Below, piece by piece: positions 1 to 11,707 of a DNA stretch of 64,000 nucleotides (positions are counted from its first letter, which is position 1; each line of letters starts with the position of its first letter). The notes below the pieces were generated by a model that saw only the letters and a program-made list of their open reading frames with translations, had not been told where the DNA came from and ran no database searches. Made by a program: the position numbers and the translations under genes. This DNA is from Macrostomum lignano (Eukaryota): positions 1-64,000 of the forward strand of contig NIVC01003188.1 of assembly GCA_002269645.1 (NCBI GenBank), given 5' to 3'.

Positions 1-6
1 ATGAAG

Positions 7-3000
7 ATCCAAACAGTTTTCAAGCGCCCGGCATTACTCGCCAACTGACCGACAGTTTAAGGAGGCCCGCCTGGCCAAGATGACTAGCAAGGAGACGCAG
101 ACCAATAAACTACTGCTGCGATTGGACAGGCTTATCAGCGAGGGGCCCTTGGATCCAAAGCAGCGAAAGGGTAAGGCTGGATTTGGCTGTGTTCATTTTT
201 CTTCTATTTGTTATTGTCTGGCCAATTTACACCCACCGGTTGCTACTGGCAACTGCGCACTCGCATAATTCACTCTGTAAGAGAAAAAATAATATTAAAT
301 ACGAGCGTTTTATTTAATTATTTAAGTCTGGCGCAGGGGAAGCACGAGAATTTCCCGTAGCAAGCTTTTCCGCGAGAGGTTATCCTACAGGGGTTTCCAG
401 TAGGAATTTCAAGTCAAATCCAGTCAGTAGACTATACTAGACTAAATTAGAGCTAGAATAGAATAGACTATAGCTATATTAGACTATATTAGAACTAGAC
501 TAGAATAGACTAGACTATACTAGACTAAATTAGAGCTAGAATAGAATAGACTATAGCTATATTAGACTAGATTAGAACTAGACTAGAATAGACTAGCCTA
601 TACTAAACTAGATTAGAGCTAGAATAGAATAGACTATAGCTATATTAGACTAGATTAGAACTAGACTATAGCTATATTAGACTATATTAGAACTAGACTA
701 GAATAGAATAGGCTATAGCTATATATAGCCTATTCTATAATATTTCTCTAATATTAATCTAGTTCAAATATTAGACTAGATTAGAACTAGACTAGAATAG
801 AATAGACTATAGCTATATTAGACTATATTAGAACTAGACTAGAATAGACTAGACTATACTAGACTAAAATAGACTAGACTATACTACACTAAATTAGAGC
901 TAGAATGGAATAGACTATAGCTATATTAGACTAGATTAGAACTAGACTAGAATAGACTAGACCATACTAGACTAAATTAGAGCTAGAATAGAATAGACTA
1001 TAGCTATATTAGACTAGATTAGAACTAGACTAGAATAGACTAGACTATACTAGACTAAATTAAAGCTAGAATAGAATAGACTATAGCTATATTAGACTAG
1101 ATTAGAATAGACTATAGCTATATTAGACTAGATTAGAATAGACTATAGCTATATTAGACTAGATTAGAATAGACTATAGCTATATTAGACTAGACTAGAA
1201 TAGACTATAGCTATATTAGACTAGATTAGAACTAGACTAGAATAGACTGGACTATACTAGACTAGAATAGAACTAGACTAGAATAGACTGGACTATACTA
1301 GACTAGATTAGAACTAGACTAGAATAGACTATAGCTATACCTGTTTGCCTGTTTAACTGCTGTTTTTCTTGCTTGTCTATCTGTTTCTTGTTGTCTGGTT
1401 CTCGTGACTCCTATGTCATATCTGGTCTGCCTGTTTCTGCCATTCCACCTGTCCCATGTCCCTCACCTGGCAGAGTTCGAGCAGTCCATAGTCTACTGGG
1501 CGCCAGACGTGGACGTGCCCCTGTGCCCGCATTGCGGCCTCCGGTTCCTGCCGCTGGCCCGTCGCCGACACCACTGCCGCCTGTGCGGCGCCGTCCTGTG
1601 CGCCGCCTGCAGCCTCTTCCTGCCCTACAAGCTGGCGCGAGTGCTCACTGCGCCACCCGCCGACGATGGCGACAGCGCTGATGCTGCCGCAGCCACGGCT
1701 CCCGGCTCGGCTTTATCCAACGATCTGGCTCCGAGTCGTCGCTTCACTCGCTGCTGACAGCGGCGGTTGTGAGCGGAGGCGGCGGCAGCGGCGGTAAGAA
1801 GCTGAGCTTCAGCAGAGCAACAGTTGGGTGTTTTCTTAATGTAAAAATGATGGTGTGGCTTCGGGAAGTAATAATCATAATTGCGGAAGGGCTGCGAGCA
1901 CCTTGGCGCGCAATGATTTTGGCTATAACGCCTCATCTCGCTGAGTCCTGAGCACATGCACACGCTCACACGGGGTGTACATCGGCACTGACTTTCCAAA
2001 CGTCAGTAATATCTAGACGGCACAAGATCTTATTAAGTCGCAGCAAAACAAAAGTGGATTAAGCCTCTCTGTGAATAATGATTCGCATTCCCATGTCCAG
2101 TTTGAACCAATTAACTTGCACCATAGACTAACTGTACTGATCGACAGATGCTTCTTCAATAGCGATATAGCTGCATGGTTTGTATAGCCTGTTTTGTTTA
2201 TCGTTATGGTTGTAGCTTAGCTAAAACAGTTAGTAACTCTTACTTATTAGCTGGCGAGGCAATTATTTTATTGAAGCAAGGTTAGGTTACTCCTGCCGTT
2301 TACCCTGCGATATAAAAATAATCAGGTTCGAATTCGTCTCGCGAAGCCCTTGTAATCCGCGTCTGTCCGGACTGTCGCGACTGTCTGGAGTTTCGCCGGC
2401 ATCGGTCGGCAGCCAGGCAGCAATCAACTCTGATGCCGGCTTCTCCAATTAGCGAACTGTACAGACAGATGCGAGTTGCTATGCTCAAGGCTGGCGATCT
2501 GTTGTCCGAGTACGAGCCAATGGCGGCTTCGCTTAGGCGAGGCGAAGATTCTTATAATTTGGCGCACGTGTCCGAGCTCAGGATGCAGATTAGGCAGCTG
2601 CTGGATCAGGTGAGCAGTCTGTAGCAGTAATGTAGATACTGTTCTGTAATCTAGATACTGTACTGTAATCTAGATACTGTACTGTAATCTAGATACTGTA
2701 CTGTAATCTAGACACTGTACTGTAATCTAGATACTGTACTGTAATGTAGATACTGTACTGTAATGTAGATACTGTACTGTAATATAGATACTGTACTGTA
2801 ATATAGATACTGTACTGTAATTTAGATAGTGTACTGTAATGTAGAAACTGTACTGTAATCTAGATACTGTACTGTAATTTAGATAGTGTACTGTAATTTA
2901 GATACTGTACTGTACTGTAATGTAGATACTGTACTGTAATCTAGATACTGTACTGTAATGTAGAAACTGTACTGTAATTTAGATAGTGTACTGTAATGTA

Positions 3001-4621
3001 GAAACTGTACTGTAATGTAGATACTGTACTGTAATCTAGACACTGTACTGTAATGTAGATACTGTACTGTAATGTAGATACTGTACTGTAATCTAGATAC
3101 TGTACTGTAATCTAGATACTGTACTCTAATTTAGATAGTGTACTGTAATTTAGATACTGTACTGTAATGTAGATACTGTACTGTAATCTAGACACTGTAC
3201 TGTAATGTAGATACTGTACTGTAATGTAGATACTGTACTGTAATCTAGATACTGTACTGTAATGTAGATACTGTACTGTAATCTAGACACTGTACTGTAA
3301 TTTAGATACTGTACTGTAATGTAGATACTGAACTGTAATCTAGATACTGTACTGTAATGTAGATACTGTACTGTAATCTAGACACTGTACTGTAATTTAG
3401 ATACTGTACTGTAATGTAGATACTGTACTGTAATCTAGATACTGTACTGTAATGTAGATACTGTACTGTAATGTAGATACTGTACTGTAATCTAGATACT
3501 GTACTGTAATGTAGATACTGAACTGTAATCTAGATACTGTACTGTAATGTAGATACTGTACTTTAATGTAGATACTGAACTGTAATGTAATGTAGAGACT
3601 AATGTAATGTAGATACTGTATTTTACATATAGATGCTCCTCTGTATATGTGGGCACAGCACTCTTCTCTATTATTCTCCGATACGGCATTTAACCTGGTG
3701 GTCCGTTCGAAACGCGCAAAATTTGTATGACTTGGTTCAAAAGTTGTTGCGTCATTCGTCAAAGTATAAATATATTCTTTCACCAAAGAAAATACGAAAC
3801 TCGCCTACTTTAAGTAGCATAGCTAGGATGCGTTAGCTAGCATTCTATCGTCTAAAATTGCTTTATTCCAAATTCGCACAGATCGACGCCGTCAGTCTGC
3901 GCATAGCCAGCCTGAGCGCCAGGGCGCAGACGCCGGACCCGGACGAGGCCTCGGACAACACGGCCGGCTTGCAAAAGCAGCTGCGCCAACAGCAATTGGC
4001 CAAGGAGGCTCGGGTTGAACGAGCAATCCGAGCCTATGCTGTTGCTTTTGTACGCGAAGGCCTCCTGATTGTCGCCTGCCTGCCGACCCCCGACCAGCTG
4101 CGGGAGCTGCGGGCTCAGCGGGCCGAGCAGCAGCGTCGGGAAGCCGAGGCCAGGCGCGCCGCCGCCGCCGCCAAGGAGCAGCAGCAGCGGTCACGTGCCG
4201 CTCCCCGCCAGCGCCGCCTCCGCCACCGCCTCCGCAGGGCGCCTTCGTGGCGGCCACGGCGCGTCGCCGACCAGCAGCGGCCGTCGGGACCGGCGCGGAC
4301 GAAGAAGCGGCGGACCCGCTGCTCGAGCAGATTGGCAACCTGCGCGACTTCATCGACCAGGCCAGGCAGGCCGGCCGCGCTGACGAGGTTCGCGCGCTGG
4401 AGGCCAACCTGGCTGAGCTGCTGGCCGAGCTGCACGCCAGGCAGGAGGCGGAGCGGCGACAGGCGAACGCCGCTGCCAACAAGCCGCCGGCCCCGCCGCC
4501 GCCGCCGCCGCCGAGGAATCCCTTCGAACCGGAAGTTCGCGTAGCCGCCAATCCCGGTTCAAACCCGTTCGAAACGGAAACAGACGAAGTTGAGTACAGG
4601 GGCGTTAATCCATTCGATTAG
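7..4621 (+). CDS. RBSN: Rabenosyn-5 (ZFYVE20) orthologue, 3' part; exons ~7-170, 1474-1793, 2326-2609, 3882-4621; two apparent -1 frameshifts
   Basis: TNKLLLRLDRL, then a split FYVE domain (WAPDVDVPLCPHCG..RRHHCRLCGAVLCAAC / IRVCPDC), MAASLRRGEDSYNL, a C-terminal Rab-binding helical hairpin (DPLLEQIGNLRDFIDQARQAGRADEVRALEANL) and three NPF motifs. GT-AG sites at 171/1473, 1794/2325 and 2610/3881 are phase-compatible. The reading frame must shift once in 1683-1730 and once in ~4150-4200. The start of the first exon is uncertain and the 5' exons lie upstream of the window. Confidence 0.9.
428..1339. repeat. AT-rich TAGAC/TAGAA-based compound tandem repeat in RBSN intron
   Basis: Repeated tagactatagctatattagactagattagaa-type blocks. 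Confidence 0.9.
2630..3620. repeat. 19-bp minisatellite (ctgtactgtaatctagata) in RBSN intron
   Basis: About 50 direct tandem copies starting ~20 nt after the donor at 2610. Confidence 0.95.
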
Positions 4622-4839
4622 GCAGATTAACTATAGCCGTGCGAATGAGTTGCTGGAAAAATCCAAATAATTATCGGTTAGAAATTCTTCCAAACTAAGA
4701 AAACCCTGAAAAAACATTTAAAAGATTTAGCGTGTGAGCTTGTGTGGGAGTGCGTGCCTGTGTGCAGTACGTCTGTTTTGATTTTTGTATGATCCAGTCA
4801 CCAGTCCAGTCCAGTCCAGTAGTCCTGACCTCCCTGGTC

Positions 4840-5480
4840 CTTCAGTGACCCCCTCCACAGCCCCCTGATCTTTCAGTGACCCCCTTCCTCCATAGCCCCC
4901 TGATCTTTCAGTGACCCCTTCCTCCACTGCCCCCTGATCTTTCAGTGACCCCCTTCCTCCACTGCCCCCTGATCTTTCAGTGACCCCCTTCCTCCACAGC
5001 CACCTTTTTTTCGTTGACCCCCTTCCTCCACTGCCCCCGATCTTTCAGTGACCCCCTTCCTCCACAGCCACCTTTTTTCGTTGACCCCCTTCCTCCACTG
5101 CCCCCCGATCTTTCAGTGACCCCCTTCCTCCACTGCCCCCGATCTTTCAGTGACCCCCTTCCTCCACAGCCACCTTTTTTTCGTTGACCCCCTTCCTCCA
5201 CAGCCCCTGATCTTTCAGTGACCCCTTTCCTCCACTGCCCCCCTGATCTTTCAGTGACCCCCTTCCTCCACTGCCCCCCTGATCTTTCAGTGACCCCCTT
5301 CCTCCACTGCCCCCCGATCTTTCAGTGACCCCCTTCCTCCACTGCCCCCCGATCTTTCAGTGACCCCCTTCCTCCACTGCCCCCGATCTTTCAGTGACCC
5401 CCTTTCTCCACTGCCCCCGATCTTTCAGTGACCCCCTTTCTCCACTGCCCCCATACTTCAGTGACCCTTCCTCCACAGCT
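4840..5480. repeat. ~33-35-bp C-rich minisatellite (cccctgatctttcagtgacccccttcctccactg)
   Basis: Direct tandem copies downstream of the RBSN stop codon. Confidence 0.9.
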
Positions 5481-6123
5481 CCGATCCTTCAATTACCGCT
5501 TTTTGGTAGTCTTTCTACTTAAAGTAGCACTGAAGAATATCTGTTAAAACAAAGGCAACAGGTCTTAACTATATCAAACATCAAAAAAGTTCATTCATAT
5601 AGTTTGGATCTCTCTGTAGCGAAGATCACCCTCTCTCTGATGGATAGATTTTTATGAAATTAGTTCATTTGGCTATCGCATTGTAAATTGCACTGCACTG
5701 TTTATTTGTGATTAATTTTCCTTATTATATATGCCTACATGTATATGCTCCTATAGAAACCTTAAAGCACAGTATTTCTGACAGTCAATTCACATTTTAT
5801 TCTTTATATACTATTTGGCAGATGTGATTTGAACAAAAATTGGTCATTATTACTCAAACATTTTAACGATTTTCTCTCACAAAGTGTATTCTAAATTTAA
5901 CCAGTCAATGCGCCACCTCATCAAACTGATTATGCATGCTTTATGATAATTAGCAGGGCGCTGAATTCTTGCTTCTGTTAAAATTTGCTTACAGTTGCTT
6001 TCAATTTTTCTTAATTATACTACCAACACATGGCTAACAGTAAAGCTAAGTGACTTACTATCACTTTTAATACTTAGTCACAAGTAAATATACATGTAGT
6101 CACTTGGCTTTAGTCACTTATCT

Positions 6124-7250
6124 ACAACTGGGTCATTTAATAACCGATGCTACCATGACCACAACTGGGTCATTTAATAACCGATGCTTCAATGACCACA
6201 ACTGGGTCATAGATAACCGATGCTTCAATGACCACAACTGGGTCATTTAATAACCGATGCTACCATGACCACAACTGGGTCATTTAATAACCGATGCTTC
6301 AATGACCACAACTGGGTCATTTAATAACCGATGCTACCATGACCACAACTGGGTCATTTAATAACCGATGCTACCATGACCACAACTGGGTCATAGATAA
6401 CCGATGCTACCATGACCACAACTGGGTCATAGATACCCGATGCTTCAATGACCACAACTGGGTCATAGATACCCGATGCTACCATGACCACAACTGGGTC
6501 ATAGATAACCGATGCTACCATGACCACAACTGGGTCATAGATAACCGATGCTACCATGACCACAACTGGGTCATAGATACCCGATGCTTCAATGACCACA
6601 ACTGGGTCATAGATACCCGATGCTACCATGACCACAACTGGGTCATAGATAACCGATGCTACCATGACCACAACTGGGTCATAGATAACCGATGCTACCA
6701 TGACCACAACTGGGTCATAGATAACCGATGCTACCATGACCACAACTGGGTCATAGATACCCGATGCTTCAATGACCACAACTGGGTCATAGATAACCGA
6801 TGCTTCAATGACCACAACTGGGTCATAGATAACCGATGCTACCATGACCACAACTGGGTCATAGATAACCGATGCTACCATGACCACAACTGGGTCATAG
6901 ATAACCGATGCTTCAATGATCACAACTGGGTCATTTAATAACCGATGCTACCATGACCACAACTGGGTCATAGATAACCGATGCTACCATGACCACAACT
7001 GGGTCATAGATAACAGATGCTACCATGACCACAACTGGGTCATAGATACCCGATGCTACCATGACCACAACTGGGTCATAGATAACCGATGCTACCATGA
7101 CCACAACTGGGTCATAGATAACCGATGCTACCATGACCACAACTGGGTCATAGATAACCGATGCTACCATGACCACAACTGGGTCATAGATACCCGATGC
7201 TACCATGACCACAACTGGGTCATAGATACCCGATGCTTCAATGACCACAA
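6124..7250. repeat. 33-bp minisatellite, left arm (aactgggtcatagataaccgatgctaccatgaccac-type unit)
   Basis: About 34 tandem copies; the 11-aa periodic ORFs here are artefacts of the repeat. Confidence 0.95.
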
Positions 7251-10200
7251 CCCAGTGGCAAAGCCGAGCTCGGTCCGAGCTCGGGCCGACGTCGGCCACT
7301 CGGCATTCGATCGGCCATACTAAAGTCGGCCAGCCGACGTCGGCCCGAACTCGGTAGAACCTCGGGGTGCCGCGCCGTTAACCGATTAAAAGTTTTAATC
7401 AATTAAGCAGAATTTACCTACGCTAATGAATTCGATATGATTAAAAAAGAACACCGCATAAATATGGATGAATAATTTACACTGAAAAAGTGACTCTTTT
7501 GCAATAAACAAAAACAACGCAATCATACAGCACTTTTGATCCACCAAAGTGGTGTAATGTGCTTTTTACACATACTAATTGTGTTTTTACTGAATTAGTT
7601 TCCTCGTTGAGTAGGTGATTTGACTTTCATGGATTTATTCTCCTTCGAGACGACCATGAAGTGCATGCGTTATAGGTACGGAAAGTTCGAAGTACTGGAT
7701 TTTAACAATTATATATATGAGTAATTTACCAGATAAAAGAACATAGCTTTGTTAGTAAAAATATAAATAAATAATTAACTGCTTTAGAATTTACTTAAGG
7801 CGTAATTATTGCTCTTTACTTTGGCTCTTTTTAACGTGGCAATTCATTTAGCTTCTTAGTTATTATTTTTATTACACGTTCTTTGGAAGCATTTAGATGT
7901 TTCGGCAAAAATTCCAGAGACATACTTAGTCTTACAGTTAAGCCGTAACTAATTGAACTATAGCTACACTGTAATGCAATGTAAACTTGCTTTTTTGGGT
8001 TTAATGAAGACTTGCTTACAATTTATGAATAGGCGTATGAAATATGTTTTCATTAATGATAATTAGACATATTACGATGGCAATTCACCAGCTATCTTCA
8101 GAATGGCCATCAAATAGTTATCTAGGAGTTAAAGTGAATAAATATCTACAAAAAGCATATTTTCATGATAAAATGTTGAAAAGTATAGGATTGCAATAGG
8201 AGTTACCATAACTTAACTGTAGGAATGATATCTAGCTTAGGTCATAAATCCTGTGATTTGAAAAGTCTAAAATGGCCTAAATAAAGCCAGATTTTTAGGC
8301 TCCTATGATATTTTTATCCCTACTATATTAGGTCTAGCTTCTTATTTTTTTATTTGTCTATGGCAATGCCATCATGAATTACATACAATCAGTTAATTTA
8401 AGACATTGTTTATGTACTATAGGCCAGGATATAATGCCAATTGTGCATTTTATGGCAGGCAATTTAAAGTAATTTTGCTATATATGCCAATTTTTTACTC
8501 TTTTGAATAGATTCATAGTATTCATATTATACTATATTGTTTTCTAATGAATTTTTAGTATAACTATAGTATACTTATTTTACTATTATAGGTTTTTACT
8601 TTATTTTTGCAGCATAGACTAGATATTGATGCTATTTTTATATACTAGGGCCCTATGCCATATTTGGCATCAGTTTTGCATTGCAGGCCAGATTTGGGTA
8701 TCATTTTTGTATTTTCCATTTATGCATTTGACTCCAATTTTTTTACTTTTTCATCATATGGCTTCAATTCTAACCCCCTTGATGTTCTAGATACAACACT
8801 TTGAGAAAATGGGGCGAGATTCTAAGCCTCCCCACAAGCGATCCAGAAGCAGCAGCACGACACCCATGCCCATGACCACCACATTGAGATGGGCAATGCA
8901 GTCGTTGCGAGGGACTTTGCTGCTGATGGCAGCTGGAAGCCTGCTGTTCTGACCGACTGCTCCAGGGCTGTGTCTCTCTTGCCAGTTTGACGATGGTCGA
9001 GAGGTCCATCGGCAGATCAATCAAGTGCCTGCGCGGCGCCTTCCAAAGTTGAGCAACCGCTATGTGCCGAGGTGCCTGACGATCAACCAGAGGCCCCTGC
9101 GGAGACGCCTGGCCAGGCGCCAGAGTTGAGCTCTGCGGCGCCACTTTGACGTTCGACATCGACCAGGGCAAGAGCTTAACCTGACCGGCTGCGCTACCAG
9201 TGACTATGGACTGTTCCTCTATGGACTGTAAACTGATTTGCGTCTTTTATTCCCGTTTTTATCTAACGCTTAATCTTTGTGGGGAGGAGTGTGGTGACTT
9301 GGCTGAGCAAATTGTTGTTTGTTTTGTTAGCTTGTTTTTACTCCGTGTTTTGAGGTGGTTTTTTACCAGTTTCGCTGCGTGCTCCCTTCTGCGATATTTC
9401 GCTGTACATTCTTGTGTGCGCTCTGCATTCTGGCCGCTCTTGCTCTCCACCCTTAAGCCTCTTACGCCCAATGTATCGTGCTCAATACTTACAATATAAA
9501 TTGCAGTCGCTTTCCTCGTATCAAGCGTCTCGTTCTACAATCTAAAGTGAAGTCTTTACAGTTTATAATGTTAATAAATGCTCAACCAAATCCGTATCAC
9601 AAACCTTAACACAACCTCTGTTTTCAGCTGTTTAGCTACTTTTTCTCTTTGTTTTCTTGCTTATTGGTTGAAAAGTTAATCTTGTATCATTGTTAGCATT
9701 TGATAATACACTAGTGTGCTTGTGGTGGATTTACTGTTGCGGTGTTCTTTTAATTCAATTATTTTAAGTTCTAAATCTTTGTCTTATTTCACAATCATTT
9801 AATCCTGGACATGGTTGTTGGTTAAATATTTGTTGAGTCAGAGAACTGAGTCTAGTGAATATGTATCTAATTCCGAGGGGAAATCAATTAACTAGTTATA
9901 CTAGAGGCTCACCATAACTAGGCTCATATACATTACCACTTCAATGCACTAACATGCTAGGAATGACATGGGATCGTTAACTCGATGGTTTCAATTCGTG
10001 TCATGTCGTTTTCCCATTCACCTTTTCTTTTTCATGTAATACCGAATTATACATGTACAGTACAATTCTATAGAAAGTAAAAGTGGCACCTACATGTAGT
10101 CAATCTGGAAGAAGCAATATAAGCTTTATAATAAGCTAAATAGAAAGTATAGTGCAAAGCTACTCGGCATTACCGCGGTCAGCCGACCTCGGCCCGAGGT

Positions 10201-10291
10201 GGTCGGCCCGAGCTAGAACCGCCGTCAACCCGCCGAGCTCGGCCCGATCTCGGCGGACCGAGCTCGGGCCGAGCTCGGCTTTGCCACTGGG
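7251..10291. mobile_element. Non-autonomous DNA transposon, CMC/EnSpm-like (CCCAGT termini, 2-bp AA target duplication), 3041 bp
   Basis: 34-bp TIRs 7251-7284 and 10258-10291 with 1 mismatch; flanks gaccac-AA-[element]-AA-ctggg restore one satellite unit; palindromic subterminal motifs ccgagctcgg/ccgacgtcgg; no transposase ORF seen. Superfamily inferred from CCC ends plus 2-bp TSD. Confidence 0.85.
8809..9539 (+). mobile_element. Degenerate Gypsy LTR-retrotransposon 3' end (integrase C-terminus, PPT, 3' LTR)
   Basis: Translates with stops/frameshifts to QAIQKQQHDTHAHDHHIEMGNAVVARDF..W..CQFDDGREVHRQINQV..L*RSTSTRARA*PDRL, matching the Gypsy post-integrase tail. Purine tract ggggaggag at 9281-9289, then TGTGG..CTACA at 9290-9539 (~250-bp LTR). 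Confidence 0.75.
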
Positions 10292-11210
10292 AACTGGGTC
10301 ATAGATAACCGATGCTTCAATGACCACAACTGGGTCATAGATAACCGATGCTACCATGACCACAACTGGGTCATAGATAACCGATGCTACCATGACCACA
10401 ACTGGGTCATAGATAACAGATGCTACCATGACCACAACTGGGTCAAAGATACCCGATGCTACCATGACCACAACTGGGTCATAGATAACCGATGCTACCA
10501 TGACCACAACTGGGTCATAGATAACCGATGCTACCATGACCACAACTGGGTCATAGATAACCGATGCTACCATGACCACAACTGGGTCATAGATACCCGA
10601 TGCTACCATGACCACAACTGGGTCATAGATACCCGATGCTTCAATGACCACAACTGGGTCATAGATAACCGATGCTTCAATGACCACAACTGGGTCATAG
10701 ATAACCGATGCTACCATGACCACAACTGGGTCATAGATAACCGATGCTACCATGACCACAACTGGGTCATAGATAACCGATGCTACCATGACCACAACTG
10801 GGTCATAGATACCCGATGCTTCAATGACCACAACTGGGTCATAGATAACCGATGCTTCAATGACCACAACTGGGTCATAGATAACCGATGCTTCAATGAC
10901 CACAACTGGGTCATAGATAACCGATGCTACCATGACCACAACTGGGTCATAGATAACCGATGCTACCATGACCACAACTGGGTCATAGATACCGATGCTT
11001 CAATGACCACAACTGGGTCATAGATAACCGATGCTTCAATGACCACAACTGGGTCATAGATAACCGATGCTACCATGACCACAACTGGGTCATAGATAAC
11101 CGATGCTACCATGACCACAACTGGGTCATAGATAACCGATGCTACCATGACCACAACTGGGTCATAGATACCCGATGCTTCAATGACCACAACTGGGTCA
11201 TAGATAACCG
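10292..11210. repeat. 33-bp minisatellite, right arm (same unit and orientation as 6124-7250)
   Basis: About 28 tandem copies continuing in register after the inserted element. Confidence 0.95.
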
Positions 11211-11603
11211 AAGCTGATTTTAAAGGATTAATTTATCGAAGTTGCCTAGGAAGCCTACATTATAAGTTAATCTTTTAGCTCAAGTATTTATGTGTAGTAC
11301 ATTTTTTTCTATTGAGAATTTCTCTCATGTAATATACTTGATGCTACGTACAACAGGTGCTGAAACTGCATTAAAAGTGCATCAGTAATTTTGCTGTGTG
11401 GAATTCGTATTTAAATGGATTGATCTAGGGGCATTAATTAATACCCAAAATGAGGCAATATTCCATTTGATATCTTCCACTAAATGGCAACCTTAATCGA
11501 TGCTTATTAGAAATGTATGCGCCCGACTAATGCATCCCCATCGCGTTGCAACAAACAGTAATCGATGTATAGCAGCAGCAGCAATATGGCTGAGCACGTT
11601 TTC

Positions 11604-11609
11604 TTTATT
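11604..11609 (-). terminator. AATAAA polyadenylation signal of the peptide precursor gene
   Basis: tttatt on the + strand, ~100 nt downstream of the TAA at 11710-11708. Confidence 0.55.
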
Positions 11610-11707
11610 TCATCGGATTGCACGGATGTTACAATAGTTAATGTGGGAATATTGGTACATTAGTAGAATTGTCCCCATTTCTAGTTTGTTCTCGCTTGCT
11701 TATTAGC

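Noticed and set aside
6124-11210. CRISPR-like array (33-bp partly palindromic repeats)
   Set aside because: Units are head-to-tail with no unique spacers, there are no cas genes, and the context is eukaryotic.
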